NCBI GenBank assembly: GCA_038245295.1
Contig: JBBRSP010000002.1
Coordinates: forward strand, 224,001 to 288,000
Length of the DNA: 64,000 nt
Direction of reading: 5' to 3'
Source: Candidatus Binatia bacterium
GTDB lineage: Bacteria; Desulfobacterota; Binatia; HRBIN30
A program made the translations under genes and the position numbers. Shown piece after piece: positions 46,447 to 58,816 of the stretch. The notes below the pieces were generated by a model, which worked only from the letters and a program-made list of their open reading frames with translations, had not been told where the DNA came from and ran no database searches. Each line of letters opens with the position of its first letter. Position 1 is the first letter of the stretch.

Positions 46447-47898
46447 TCAGATCGAGCCCAGGAAGGCGAGGAGATCGGCTTGCTGAGCGCTCGTGAGCCC
46501 TCCGAAGCCGCGTGCTGCGTGGCCACCTTGGCCGTCGTGCAGCGTGATCGCCTCGGTGACCGTGGCGGCGCGACCATCATGTAGGAAACGCGAGCGGCCG
46601 CGCAGGCCCCACAGTGGTGCCGTGCGCATCTGCTTCGGTCCAGCTTCGTCGGATGTGATGCCATCTCCCAGAGAGCCCATGTCGTGCAGCAGGAAGTCGG
46701 AGAACGGATGGAACGTCTGTTTGGCGAGCACGCTGTTCATCGTTGCGCTCAACGCAATGCCTCCGGTGGTTGGTGGAATGAACGCCGCGGGATTTACCGC
46801 GGTGGTCAGCGTTTCGGTGTGGCAGCCGCCGCAGCCGAGCGAGCCGAAGAGTTGATGTCCGGCTTGGGCGCTGGCACTCAGCGCGATCGGCGGCGGCGCC
46901 TCGGTGGCGCGCATGAAGTCGGCGAACCTATCGATGTCGGCCCGTCCGTCGTCTTCGGTTTCATCCTCAGGCTCATCCGCCAGGTCGAGGATTACACCGA
47001 AGCGTGTCTTGTTGAGCGCGCACGTGCTGCGCTCCTCGGGCTGATCGGGACTGGTGACTCCCATCTCGTTCAAGTAGGCGTCGGCCGCAAAGGCGCGCAG
47101 CGTCGCGTGATCATTCTTCCAGCCGAAGCGACCAGCGCGCCGCGCTCCGAGCTCGTCGACGATCTTGACCTCGCCGCGGATCGGCGGCGGCTGACTGGCG
47201 GCGAGGTCGCGCAGTGTCTGATCGGCAACCGCTTCGACGAGACCGAGGCCGAAGAGCGGCGTTGACTGGCGTTCAGCGACGCAGTTTTCACCGGCCTGGA
47301 AAGCCGGGCTGGTTGGATCACAGATCGGCAAACGCGGCTTGAATGTCGTCCGGCGCATTTCCTCGCGCTGGCAAGCCGACTTGGCGCAACGCTCCGAGGT
47401 GATCTGGCAACCGATCGGGGTTGCCTCGACGCCGTTCGGAAAGATGGTGAAGCGCCCCTGTGACTGCGGCCCGAGCCGCAGCAGGTTATCGCTGGCGAAC
47501 AAGTGCAACGGACCGCCCGCGGTGTTGTTGCGGACACGCATCTCGTTGATGAACGCGCCTGAACCGCCGAGCGCCGGTTGAAAATGGCACGAACCACACG
47601 ATCGACTGTTGAAGATCGGTCCGATCTTCGGCAACTCCTCGACCTGCAGAAATTCCGCCTGCCCATCGGCTAAGCGCTGCAGGTCATCGACGTTTGCTGG
47701 CTGGAGCAAAGCGGCGAAGGGTTGTCCGAACCCAGAAATGATCGGCACCATAGGCATCGGTGGCATCCCTTGCGCGGAGACGCCCGAGGTCATTCCGGCG
47801 GCGATCAGCAAGAACGCCAGGGCCATCATTGCAGCAAAGAGCGCAACTGCAGACTTGTTGTTGCGACAATGTTTCTCGGCGCGTGTGAACAGTGCCAT
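46447..47898 (-). CDS. Di-heme oxidoreductase (DHOR) family protein
   Basis: GPIFNSRSCGSCH, LFGLGLVEA, GRFGWK, CGGCH, TAPLWG, FLHDGRA. Confidence 0.88.
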   Translation of the reverse strand: MALFTRAEKHCRNNKSAVALFAAMMALAFLLIAAGMTSGVSAQGMPPMPMVPIISGFGQPFAALLQPANVDDLQRLADGQAEFLQVEELPKIGPIFNSRSCGSCHFQPALGGSGAFINEMRVRNNTAGGPLHLFASDNLLRLGPQSQGRFTIFPNGVEATPIGCQITSERCAKSACQREEMRRTTFKPRLPICDPTSPAFQAGENCVAERQSTPLFGLGLVEAVADQTLRDLAASQPPPIRGEVKIVDELGARRAGRFGWKNDHATLRAFAADAYLNEMGVTSPDQPEERSTCALNKTRFGVILDLADEPEDETEDDGRADIDRFADFMRATEAPPPIALSASAQAGHQLFGSLGCGGCHTETLTTAVNPAAFIPPTTGGIALSATMNSVLAKQTFHPFSDFLLHDMGSLGDGITSDEAGPKQMRTAPLWGLRGRSRFLHDGRAATVTEAITLHDGQGGHAARGFGGLTSAQQADLLAFLGSI

Positions 47899-48058
47899 GG
47901 CTGGTCCCCTCTCGGTTTTTCTTGTTCGTATCGCGATGGCTGTTGAGCAAGGACGATACCAGCGCCGGGCCGCGGCGCGGCGAAGCGCGACGCGCGGGGG
48001 GGCAGGGTGCGGGGTGCGGGGTTCAGCAGTTGGGTTGCGGATTCCCGCGTTGTCCCTC

Positions 48059-48118
48059 CGCAAGCTGAAGCTTGCGCCTACCAGGCTGGGCAGCAGTAGG
48101 CGAAGGCTTCAGTCTGCG
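48059..48118. repeat. Inverted pair of GTAG-type REPs overlapping the oxyR stop codon
   Basis: cgcaagctgaagcttgcgcctacc and gtaggcgaaggcttcagtctgcg. Confidence 0.8.
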
Positions 48119-49051
48119 CGGACGGACTCGTCCGCCGTGAGGGACAGAACGCCGGCCGGGAGGTGTGTGCGTATGAAGGCCGAGAGCGCCTCGACCGATG
48201 CTTGATCCGGCAGGCTGCGCCGCCAGACAAGACCGATGCGGCGGTTCGGCGCGGGCTTGCTGAACGGGCGCGCCACGACATCCTTGCCATGCGCCAGGCT
48301 TGGCACCGCCAAGGCCGGTAGAAGCGTGCAACCCATCCCGGCCGCAACCAGGTAGCGAATCGTCTCGAGGCTCGTGGCGCGCAGGTCGTCATCGTCCGAC
48401 CCGCGGCCCTGGCCGCAAATCTCGAGTGCCTGGCCACGCAAGCAGTGGCCTTCGGAGAGCAGTAGGACGCGTTGGTCGTCCAGGTCTCTGGTGCGGATCT
48501 GGCGGTGCGTCGCGAGACGACTGCTTGCCGGCGCTAGAACGAAGAACGGTTCGTCGAAAAGTGGCTTCGAGACCAGTGCTGGTGCAGCCACCGGTAAGGC
48601 CAGCAGCGCCGCGTCGAGGCGGTGTGAGCTCAACTCGTCGAGCAACGTTGCCGTGAAACCTTCCCGTGGCAGCAAACGCAGCTTGGTAAACTTCTTCGGC
48701 AAGGCGCGCAGTAGCCACGGCAGAATGTACGGGCCCAAGGTGGGAATCGTGCCCAGTCGGAAGGTTCCCTGCAGCGGCGCGCGATCGCCATTCGCCAACT
48801 CGCCGATCCCCCGCATTTCTTCGAGGATGACGCGGGCGCGTTCGACGACGCGGTTGCCGAGAAGCGTCAGCTCGGTCCGCTTGCTGCCGCGCTCGAACAG
48901 CGGCGCACCCAACTGCTCCTCGAGCTTCTTGATCTGCGTGCTCAACGTCGGCTGGCTGACGTGGCAGGCCGCGGCGGCGCGCCCGAAGTGACCGTTGTCG
49001 GCGACGGCGACGACGTAACGCAACTCGGTGAAGGTGATGGCGGAGATGTCC

Positions 49052-49053
<2 letters not shown>
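48109..49053 (-). CDS. oxyR: Hydrogen peroxide-inducible LysR regulator
   Basis: LysR HTH; IPTLGPY; EGHCLRGQALEIC with both redox Cys; ATSLET; divergent from katG. Confidence 0.92.
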
Positions 49054-51339
<2,286 letters not shown>

Positions 51340-51342
51340 GGC

Positions 51343-51376
51343 AACGTAGGGGCGGTTCCCGAACCGCCCCTACGTT
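51343..51376. repeat. Hairpin REP (GTAGGGGCGGTT type) directly after katG
   Basis: aacgtaggggcggtt-cccg-aaccgcccctacgtt. Confidence 0.85.
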
Positions 51377-51443
51377 CGTATGATTCGCATCGTTCCCCTC
51401 GGGCGCGTTCCCAGATAAACCGCCGGTCGAGGAGCAGAAGCCC

Positions 51444-51986
51444 ATGAGCGGTGTAGTGACGGCGGTCAGTTGCAGTGCGACGCACTCGATGCGCAAGCCG
51501 AACCAGGACAAGATCACGCTGATCCCTGGACTCGGCGTCGAGGGCGACGCCCATGCGGGCAAGACAGTGAAGCATCGCTCGCGGGTGGCGCAAAACCCAA
51601 ATCAGCTGAACCTGCGCCAGGTCCACCTGATCCATGCCGAGCTACACGACGAGCTACGTGCCGCCGGCTTTGTGCTCGATGCCGGACAGATCGGCGAGAA
51701 CATCACCACCCGTGGGGTTGACCTGCTTGGCGTGCCGACTGGGGCGCGGTTGCATGTCGGCGACTCGGCGGTCGTCGAGGTGACCGGCCTACGCAATCCA
51801 TGCGTTCAGCTCGACGCGATCCAACCCGGCCTGATGGCCGCGACCCTGGGGCGCGACGAGCAGGGCAACCTCATCCGCAAGGCCGGGGTTGTCGGTATTG
51901 TCATCGCTGGCGGTGACGTGCGTCCGGGGGATTCGATTCGCGTCGAGCTGCCGCCGTTGCCGCATCGGGCTCTGCTTCCTGTCTGA
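51444..51986 (+). CDS. MOSC domain protein
   Basis: GVEGDAHAG, RQVHLI, GENITTRG, RNPC. Confidence 0.93.
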   Translation: MSGVVTAVSCSATHSMRKPNQDKITLIPGLGVEGDAHAGKTVKHRSRVAQNPNQLNLRQVHLIHAELHDELRAAGFVLDAGQIGENITTRGVDLLGVPTGARLHVGDSAVVEVTGLRNPCVQLDAIQPGLMAATLGRDEQGNLIRKAGVVGIVIAGGDVRPGDSIRVELPPLPHRALLPV

Positions 51987-51993
51987 CGTCCAG

Positions 51994-52062
51994 CGCAGGC
52001 TAAAGCCTGGCTAAAGCCTGCGGCTACCAGCGGGACTGGTAGGCGCAGGTCTTTAGCCTGCG
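51994..52062. repeat. Inverted GTAG-type REP pair with internal 11-bp duplication
   Basis: cgcag-gctaaagcctg-gctaaagcctg-cggctacc and ggtaggcgcaggtctttagcctgcg. Confidence 0.8.
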
Positions 52063-52122
52063 GCGTCCATCTGGCTCCATCCGCGGATCCGTGGTTTGAA
52101 GAAGCGCTGAGCGGAGGGTCCA

Positions 52123-52977
52123 ATGCAGAAATGGCGTGTTGGCGACGTGACGATCACCAAGGTCGTCGAGATCGAGATGACCGGCGGGACGCGCTTCATC
52201 CTCCCCGATGCGACGCGCGAAGCCTGCGCCCCCATTGAGTGGTTGAAGCCGCACTTCATGGACGATGAGGGCCGCTTGAGGATGAGCGTGCACGCTCTCG
52301 TCATCGAAACGCCGAGCCGCCGCATTGTGGTCGACACGTGTCTAGGAAACGACAAGCAGGGCCGCAGCGTGCCGAATTGGAATCAGCTGCAGGGCTCCTT
52401 TCTACGAGATCTCGAAGCCGCCGGGTTTGCGCCCGAATCGATCGACACGGTGCTGTGTACGCATTTGCATGTCGACCATGTCGGCTGGAACACGCGGCTG
52501 GTCGGCGACGCCTGGGTGCCGACCTTCACCAAAGCTCGCTATCTCATCGGCCGTGCGGAGTTCGAATACTGGCGCGACCAGGACGCTTCGGCGGAGCAGG
52601 TCGCTGTCTTCGCTGACTCGGTGCGCCCGGTGTTCGATGCCGGTCTGGTCGACCTGGTCGCCACCGACCACCGCGTGTGCGACGACGTGAGCTTCGTCCC
52701 GTCGCTCGGGCACACTCCCGGACACGTCTGCATCCGCATCGCCTCCAAGGGTGAGGAAGCGCTGATCAGCGGCGACTTCGTGCATCACCCCTGCCAGATG
52801 GCGCATCCGGAATGGGCTGCCGCCGTTGATTACGATCAGCAGCATTCGACCCGAACACGTAATGAGATCTTCGCCGCTCTCGCCGGCACCCCGACTCTGC
52901 TGATCGGCACCCACTTCGCGGGTGTCACGGCCGGCCGCGTCGTGCGCGACGGCGATTCCTATCGCTTGTCGATCTGA
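52123..52977 (+). CDS. MBL-fold metallo-hydrolase
   Basis: THLHVDHVGWN, GHTPGH, GDFVHHP, GTHF. Confidence 0.93.
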   Translation: MQKWRVGDVTITKVVEIEMTGGTRFILPDATREACAPIEWLKPHFMDDEGRLRMSVHALVIETPSRRIVVDTCLGNDKQGRSVPNWNQLQGSFLRDLEAAGFAPESIDTVLCTHLHVDHVGWNTRLVGDAWVPTFTKARYLIGRAEFEYWRDQDASAEQVAVFADSVRPVFDAGLVDLVATDHRVCDDVSFVPSLGHTPGHVCIRIASKGEEALISGDFVHHPCQMAHPEWAAAVDYDQQHSTRTRNEIFAALAGTPTLLIGTHFAGVTAGRVVRDGDSYRLSI

Positions 52978-53069
52978 TGTCGTAGGACTTGCCGAGGAGG
53001 AACGTGATGACCGCCGCGATCACCCCACGCCGCGTGGCACGACGCCCGCAACCCAACCCAGGTCTTATG

Positions 53070-53172
53070 GCCACAGATGAATGGGATGAACACAGATGGC
53101 TTGCCAACGGCCATCGCCAGCATCGCAGGCCCAACGGGCCTGCATCCGTGTTTATCTGTGTTCATCCGTGGC
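53070..53172. repeat. Inverted 9-mer repeat element (CACAGATGA type)
   Basis: gccacagatgaatgggatgaacacagatg ... catccgtgtttatctgtgttcatccgtggc. Confidence 0.75.
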
Positions 53173-53237
53173 AAAAATCAGGGATGGTTTGAAGCCCGCT
53201 GGATCATCGCGCGCCGCGACGATTTCGAAGGTCAGTA

Positions 53238-53396
53238 CTACGAGGGCCGCGAACAGCCCAGCCCGGCGGAGCTGGAACCAAACCAACGCAAACCACGGAC
53301 AGCAATGTTTCGAACGTCGGCACGATCAAGGTCGTGCGCGTTCCAAGCCGCCAGCCATTCGCGCGCCAGGTGCTCTGCCGCTTGTCTCGGTACCAT
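53238..53396 (-). pseudogene. 5' remnant of SnoaL/NTF2-like protein
   Basis: GGAGGAGG RBS; MVPRQAAEHLAREWLAAWNAHDLDR, after which similarity is lost. Confidence 0.55.
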
Positions 53397-53428
53397 CCCG
53401 CCCTCCTCCCGCGCGAATGACGGTGAAT

Positions 53429-54640
53429 CTAGATCACCGCGGCTTCCTTCAGTTCGGCGATCTTCTCCCAACTCAGCCCGAGCAGTTCTGTCAGGATCTC
53501 TTCCGTGTGTTGCCCCAGCTCCGGCGCCGGCAAACGCACCGAGCCCGGTGTCTCGCTGAGGCGTAGCGGCATGCCGACGACCTGCGTCGGGCCGAACTGT
53601 GGATGGTCGAAGTTGGTGACGTACTGGTTGGCTTGCACTTGCGGATCGTTGGGTAGCTCGTCGACGCTGTTGACGATGGTGAAGATGAAGTCGCCACCGG
53701 CGCGTAGGACCTTCAGCCATTCGTCGCGCGAGTTGGTGGCGAAGATCTCGTCGAGGATGGCGATGGCGGCGCCGGCATTGCCGGAGCGCACCCTGAGGTT
53801 CACGAAGCGTTCGTCGGTGGCCAGCTCGGGGCGCCCGAGCACACGCACGAAGTCGGCCCAGTATCGATCGGGCTGCAGCATGCCGAGGCTGAGCCAGCGG
53901 CTGTCGGCGCAGCAGTAATGATTCCACAACGGATTCGACGTGTACTGGCGCGCCTGGCGCGGTATGGCGACACCCATCATGGCGCGCGCCGCGACGCTGA
54001 GTCCTTGCAACCAAATCATGCTGCCGAGATGCGACGCGTCGACCATCTGCCCGATGCCGAAACGATCGCGCGCGATCAGCGCCGTGAGAATACCGTAGGC
54101 CAGCATGATGGCACCCATCTGATCGGCGATGCCGCCGGCGATCTGCTGCGGCGGCATGCCCGGCTCGCCGGCCGCCATCATGATTCCGGAGCGCGCCAGG
54201 CCGAGGTAGTCGAAGGAGGGCTCGGCGCGGTCGGGACCTTCCGGTCCGTAACCGGTGGCGCTGGCGTAGATCAGACGCGGGTTGTGCTTCTTCAGAGCCT
54301 CGTAGCCAAGGCCCAGCCGCTCGGCGACGCCGAAGCGGTAGTTCTGCACGAAGACATCCGATTTCTCGATGAGGCGGTAGACAATGTCGATCGCTTCCGG
54401 CTGCTTCAGGTCGAGCGTCAGGCTGCGCTTATTGCGGTTGTTGGCCTCGAAGTAGAAATTCGGCATGCCGGTCAGATCGATGCCGCTCATGCGCAGCATG
54501 CCGCGCCCCGGATCGCCCTTGTCCCGCTCCTCGATCTTGATGACCTCGGCACCAAGGTCGCCGAGCATCGACGAGCAGACAGGGCCCTGCTGCCAGATGG
54601 TCCAATCAAGAACCCGAATTCCCTCGAGCGGCATTGGCAT
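53429..54640 (-). CDS. CaiB/BaiF family III CoA-transferase
   Basis: PLEGIRVLD, DLGAEVIKIE, NRNKRS, GYGPEGP, PELGQHT. Confidence 0.95.
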   Translation of the reverse strand: MPMPLEGIRVLDWTIWQQGPVCSSMLGDLGAEVIKIEERDKGDPGRGMLRMSGIDLTGMPNFYFEANNRNKRSLTLDLKQPEAIDIVYRLIEKSDVFVQNYRFGVAERLGLGYEALKKHNPRLIYASATGYGPEGPDRAEPSFDYLGLARSGIMMAAGEPGMPPQQIAGGIADQMGAIMLAYGILTALIARDRFGIGQMVDASHLGSMIWLQGLSVAARAMMGVAIPRQARQYTSNPLWNHYCCADSRWLSLGMLQPDRYWADFVRVLGRPELATDERFVNLRVRSGNAGAAIAILDEIFATNSRDEWLKVLRAGGDFIFTIVNSVDELPNDPQVQANQYVTNFDHPQFGPTQVVGMPLRLSETPGSVRLPAPELGQHTEEILTELLGLSWEKIAELKEAAVI

Positions 54641-54670
54641 GAGCAACCTCCGATACACGCTTGGGTGGGG

Positions 54671-54781
54671 CTTCGAGACGGCGCCTGAACGGACGGCGCC
54701 TCCTCAGCCAGAACGGAAATCAACCGCTCGCCCTGAGGAGTCGCCGTCTTTTCGGCGGCGTCTCGAAGGGCCTTCAAGGGC
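54671..54781. repeat. CTTCGAGACG..CTCCTCAG inverted repeat element
   Basis: cttcgagacggcgcc..ggcgcctcctcag ... ctgaggagtcgccg..cggcggcgtctcgaagg. Confidence 0.8.
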
Positions 54782-54782
54782 C

Positions 54783-55763
54783 CTATGCCACCCGCAAAAC
54801 CACTTTCCCGAAGTGCGTGCTCGCCTGCACGATGCGGTGCGCCTCAGCGGCCTCGGCGAGCGGTAACACCTTGTCGACGACAGGCTTGATACGTCCGGCC
54901 CGCAACGCGTCGCCGAACTGCGCCTGGAACTGGCTGACGATCCCCGCCTTCTCGTCGACCGAACGTGTGCGTAGCGTCGAGCCGATGACTTGCAGGCGGC
55001 GAATCAGGAGAAGCGCCAGGTTGATGTCCGCCTTGGCGCCGCCGATAAGTCCGATGATCACCAAGCGGCCGTCGTTGGCGAGGCAGTCGATGTTCCAGCC
55101 GAGATACTTGCCGCCGACGTGGTCGAGGACGACGTTGACGCCAAGCCCGTCCGTGGCGGCGCGCACAGCGCCGGAGAAATCTCCATCGTTGTAATTGATC
55201 GCCACGTCGGCGCCGTGCTCGAGGCAACGTTTACACTTCTGTGCGCTGCCGGCGGTGACGATCGAACGAACTCCCGCCTCACGCAGCAGCGTGATCGCGG
55301 CAGTACCGACACCGCTGCCACCACCCTGCACCAGCGCGCTGCCGCCCTTCTTGGCGCGGCCCAACAGGAAGAGATTGAGATATGCCGTGAAGAACACCTC
55401 CGGAAACGCCCCGGCTTCCTCGTCGGTCATACTGTCCGGCACCGGCAGCGCTGACCCGCCATGCACAACCGCTTCCTCGGCGTACCCGCCGCCAGACAGC
55501 AGCGCCATGGCGCGGGTCCCCTTCTTCCAATTCTTCACATTGGCGCCGACCTCAACGACCTCACCGGCGCACTCGAGACCAATGATCGGCGACGCCCCCG
55601 GCGGTGGCGGATACATCCCCTGGCGCTGCAACAAATCGGCGCGGTTCACCGCCGTGGCGCGAACCCGGATGCGGATGTCGTCGGGACCCAGCGTCGGCGC
55701 CGGTGCTTCCCCGATGTGGAGAACGTCCTCGGCTCCGGGGGTGTCGTAGATGATGGCTTTCAC
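54783..55763 (-). CDS. NAD(P)H-quinone oxidoreductase, PIG3 family
   Basis: AAGGAG + GTG; VNRADLLQRQGMYPPPPG, GGGSGVG, GSTLRTR, HFGKVVL. Confidence 0.95.
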   Translation of the reverse strand: MKAIIYDTPGAEDVLHIGEAPAPTLGPDDIRIRVRATAVNRADLLQRQGMYPPPPGASPIIGLECAGEVVEVGANVKNWKKGTRAMALLSGGGYAEEAVVHGGSALPVPDSMTDEEAGAFPEVFFTAYLNLFLLGRAKKGGSALVQGGGSGVGTAAITLLREAGVRSIVTAGSAQKCKRCLEHGADVAINYNDGDFSGAVRAATDGLGVNVVLDHVGGKYLGWNIDCLANDGRLVIIGLIGGAKADINLALLLIRRLQVIGSTLRTRSVDEKAGIVSQFQAQFGDALRAGRIKPVVDKVLPLAEAAEAHRIVQASTHFGKVVLRVA

Positions 55764-55789
55764 TGTGCTCTCCTTCTGGCGGTAGGTCG

Positions 55790-56677
55790 CTACTTGCTGG
55801 TGAGCTCTTCGTAAACCCACTTGATGTTGTTGGCGCGTGTCGTGAAGAACGGCACGGCGTGGAAATCATCATAGGCGGACAGCTTTTCGCTACGCTGGAT
55901 GTCTTTCAGCGACGCGCCGCTTTGGACGCCGGCTGTGACGTGTGCCAGCACATCTCGCCAGTACTGCTGGAAGTGACGCACATCCTCGGCTGCCGCGATG
56001 GCGCCGTGGCCGGGGATGTACTGGCGGATCCCTTGGATGGCGAGAACACGATCGAGTGTCTCCACCCAGGCACGCGCCGAGCCACCGCCTTTGCGATCGA
56101 GGTAGGGATACTGGTGGTTCACGAACAGATCGCCGGTGTGCAGCACTCCACGTTTGACGAACTGCACGACGACGTCGCCGTCGGTATGGCCGCGGCCGAG
56201 ATGCATCACACGCACCGTCTCATCGCCGAACGGGAACTCGCGGCTGTCGTCAACGAGATCGCTGGGCATGAGATCCCAAGACGTCGGATCACTGAGCCAG
56301 AACCCTTTGTCGAGATCGATCAAATGCTGACGCGTGCGCCGCTGCGCCATGACGGTGGTACCGACGGCGTACTGCGGATTCCCGTGGGTGTGATCCTGGT
56401 GGTAATGCGTGTTGATGATCAAGCGTACCGGCTTGTCGGTCAACTCACGAATCGTCTTCGCCAGCGTCGTAGCCGGTCGAAACTGTTTGGTATCGACGAC
56501 CAGCACACCATCGTCGCCGATCAGAATGGCGCTGTTTCCACCGCCACCCGATAGAACGTAGAAGTGATCGTCGATGCGTGTCAGCTCGGTGGTCAGAAAA
56601 CGCTGCCAGAACCAGATGCCGACGGCCCCGAAAAGCACCGTCAGCGCGGCCAGAGTGATGAGCAAGCGGCGAAGCAT
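55790..56677 (-). CDS. Membrane-anchored MBL-fold metallo-hydrolase
   Basis: N-terminal TM; NTHYHQDHTHGN, GHTDGD, TGD, IPGHG. Confidence 0.9.
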   Translation of the reverse strand: MLRRLLITLAALTVLFGAVGIWFWQRFLTTELTRIDDHFYVLSGGGGNSAILIGDDGVLVVDTKQFRPATTLAKTIRELTDKPVRLIINTHYHQDHTHGNPQYAVGTTVMAQRRTRQHLIDLDKGFWLSDPTSWDLMPSDLVDDSREFPFGDETVRVMHLGRGHTDGDVVVQFVKRGVLHTGDLFVNHQYPYLDRKGGGSARAWVETLDRVLAIQGIRQYIPGHGAIAAAEDVRHFQQYWRDVLAHVTAGVQSGASLKDIQRSEKLSAYDDFHAVPFFTTRANNIKWVYEELTSK

Positions 56678-56710
56678 TGGAACGATTTAGCCCCGATTCA
56701 ACAAAAGAAC

Positions 56711-56852
56711 ATCACCGCAGAGTCGCCGAGGCGCAGAGATCGCGCCCGGATCGAGGCTGAACCCGCATCGCATCTAGAGTGAGTATCGTTTCGACGGAAT
56801 GGAGTTCTCATGGCGACAGACCTCTCGCAAATCTCTGCGACTCGGCGGTGAT
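56711..56852. repeat. Inverted CGCAGAG-type repeat element
   Basis: atcaccgcagagtcgccgaggcgcagagat ... atctctgcgactcggcggtgat. Confidence 0.7.
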
Positions 56853-57412
56853 CATTGTTCGGCTGGCGGCGCAGCGTCCAAGGATTGGCCCTGGCGTTCC
56901 AGCAAGCGGCCCTTGCGCTGCCGAAGCGCATCGAGCTTCGATTCGACGTTACGCGTCTGAGTCCGCAGTTGATCGAGCTTGTTCACCAGACCGACTTCAC
57001 GCTCCTTGAGCTGCTCCAGAGGGCTGGCGTTTGATGCCGTCGCCCAGCGGCGCGCCGCGGCGTGCAACTCGACGGTTACTAGCGGCACAATGCCGCACAG
57101 CAGGGCGAGGATGAGGATGACGGCAGGGCGGCGCGACCCGCTCTGCGAGGCTTGGTTGAACTCCCACCAATGCAACGCCGTTGCGTTGGCGATCTCGTAC
57201 GTGAGCCCGATGAAGAACGCGATGAGAAAGATTGGACCGTTGCCGAGGCTCTTCCACGCGGCCGCCAGCCCACCCATGACGAATCCATAGCCCACGACGA
57301 TGTTGAGCAGCGCGATCCAGCGCACACGATAGGTCCGCAACCCCAGGACATACGCCGCCAGTTCGGCGACCAAACCGATGCCGAGGGCAATCGCGAGAAA
57401 GTAGAACTGCAT
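56852..57412 (-). CDS. Hypothetical 4-TM membrane protein with coiled-coil tail
   Basis: Four hydrophobic segments followed by a heptad-rich C-terminus. Confidence 0.65.
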   Translation of the reverse strand: MQFYFLAIALGIGLVAELAAYVLGLRTYRVRWIALLNIVVGYGFVMGGLAAAWKSLGNGPIFLIAFFIGLTYEIANATALHWWEFNQASQSGSRRPAVILILALLCGIVPLVTVELHAAARRWATASNASPLEQLKEREVGLVNKLDQLRTQTRNVESKLDALRQRKGRLLERQGQSLDAAPPAEQ

Positions 57413-57497
57413 CGCTTGTGTGTTTGCCGCATCGGGCGCACGCGCACAAGGCAATGATGCCCGGGTCGCTTGACCGGATGCTGGCTTTTCGGATCAG

Positions 57498-58739
57498 ATG
57501 CGCTCCGTGCCTCAACCCCGACGACTTGCGCTCGTGCTCTCCGGAGGCGGTGCCCGTGGTGCCTATGAAGCCGGCGTCCTATCGGCGCTGTTCGAACACC
57601 TTCCCAAGCGCCTTGGTGCGCCGCTGCATTTCGACATCATCACCGGCACCAGCGTCGGCGCCGTGCACGCCTGTTACATTGCCGCGGCGCAAGGAGAGGC
57701 GGACATCGGCCCACGCCTGATCGAAGTGTGGAAGTCGCTGTCTCTCGACTCCGTGTTCGGGCCGAGTGTCGGTGACCTCATTCGCGTTCCCTTACAGCTG
57801 CTCGGCTTCCAGAATCGGATTCGACACCTTCCCCCGACGCAACACGGCGTCCCCGAGCGCATCGCCGGATTGTTCGATACCGGCTGGCTCGAACGCATCG
57901 TCCTGGAGAGCATCGATTGGAAGAGGTTGCGTCAGCAGCTGGACAGCGGTGCCTTGCACGCGCTGGCGGTAAGCGCGACCGAGATCGCAACGGGCCGCTC
58001 GGCGGTGTTCGTCGATGCGCCGCATAGCAAGACACCGTCGTGGTCGGACGACCCGTTCATCGTCTCGCGCCCAACTGAGATCGGTCCAGCCCATGCCCTT
58101 GCCTCGGCAGCGATCCCGCTCGTCTTCCCGGCGCTGCGGATCGACCGCACCTACTACTGCGACGGAGGGCTGCGCCTCAATACGCCGCTATCGCCGGCCC
58201 TGCGCCTGGGGGCGGACCGGGTTCTCGTCATTGGTTTGCGTTTCCCGCGCTCCGATGCCGAACAGGATCGTGCGGCGCAACGCCGCGAGGCGAATTACTC
58301 GAACCCAACGTTCCTGGCCGGCAAAGCCCTCAATGCGTTGATCCTCGATCGCATCGAGCACGACCTCGATCGCTTGCGCATGCTCAACACGGTGCTGCGA
58401 GCCGGCACCAAGGTCTACGGTGACGATTTCCTCGGTCGCATCCAGAAGGCCATGCCGGCGCGGGAAGAGGCGCTGCGCATCGTCGACAACTTTCTCATCA
58501 GCCCCTCCAAGGACATCGGCATCATCGCTTCGGATTGCCTGGAGCACCAACCGCGCAGCCGCGGCATTCGCGACTGGCTCAGCCGCAACGTCGTACGTTT
58601 CGCCGGCAACGGCGCGCTCGGCGAAGCGGATCTCCTGTCCTACCTCTTCTTCGATTCCTGCTTCGCCGGCCACCTCGTCGAGCTCGGCCGGCGCGATGCA
58701 AAGAACCTCGCCGACAAGCTAGCCGACTTCCTCGCTTGA
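57498..58739 (+). CDS. Patatin-like phospholipase
   Basis: LSGGGARG, GTSVG, ASAAIP, DGG. Confidence 0.93.
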   Translation: MRSVPQPRRLALVLSGGGARGAYEAGVLSALFEHLPKRLGAPLHFDIITGTSVGAVHACYIAAAQGEADIGPRLIEVWKSLSLDSVFGPSVGDLIRVPLQLLGFQNRIRHLPPTQHGVPERIAGLFDTGWLERIVLESIDWKRLRQQLDSGALHALAVSATEIATGRSAVFVDAPHSKTPSWSDDPFIVSRPTEIGPAHALASAAIPLVFPALRIDRTYYCDGGLRLNTPLSPALRLGADRVLVIGLRFPRSDAEQDRAAQRREANYSNPTFLAGKALNALILDRIEHDLDRLRMLNTVLRAGTKVYGDDFLGRIQKAMPAREEALRIVDNFLISPSKDIGIIASDCLEHQPRSRGIRDWLSRNVVRFAGNGALGEADLLSYLFFDSCFAGHLVELGRRDAKNLADKLADFLA

Positions 58740-58816
58740 GATGGGCAAACTTGCCCGTGCCCTTGCCCTTGCCCGGTATTCTTCTGGAACGACCACGGTC
58801 GTTTGTTGAGTCGGCT

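Noticed and set aside
57498..58739. Patatin as a CBASS CapV-type effector for the cyclases
   Set aside because: About 34 kb away in housekeeping context with no CD-NTase; looks like an ordinary patatin
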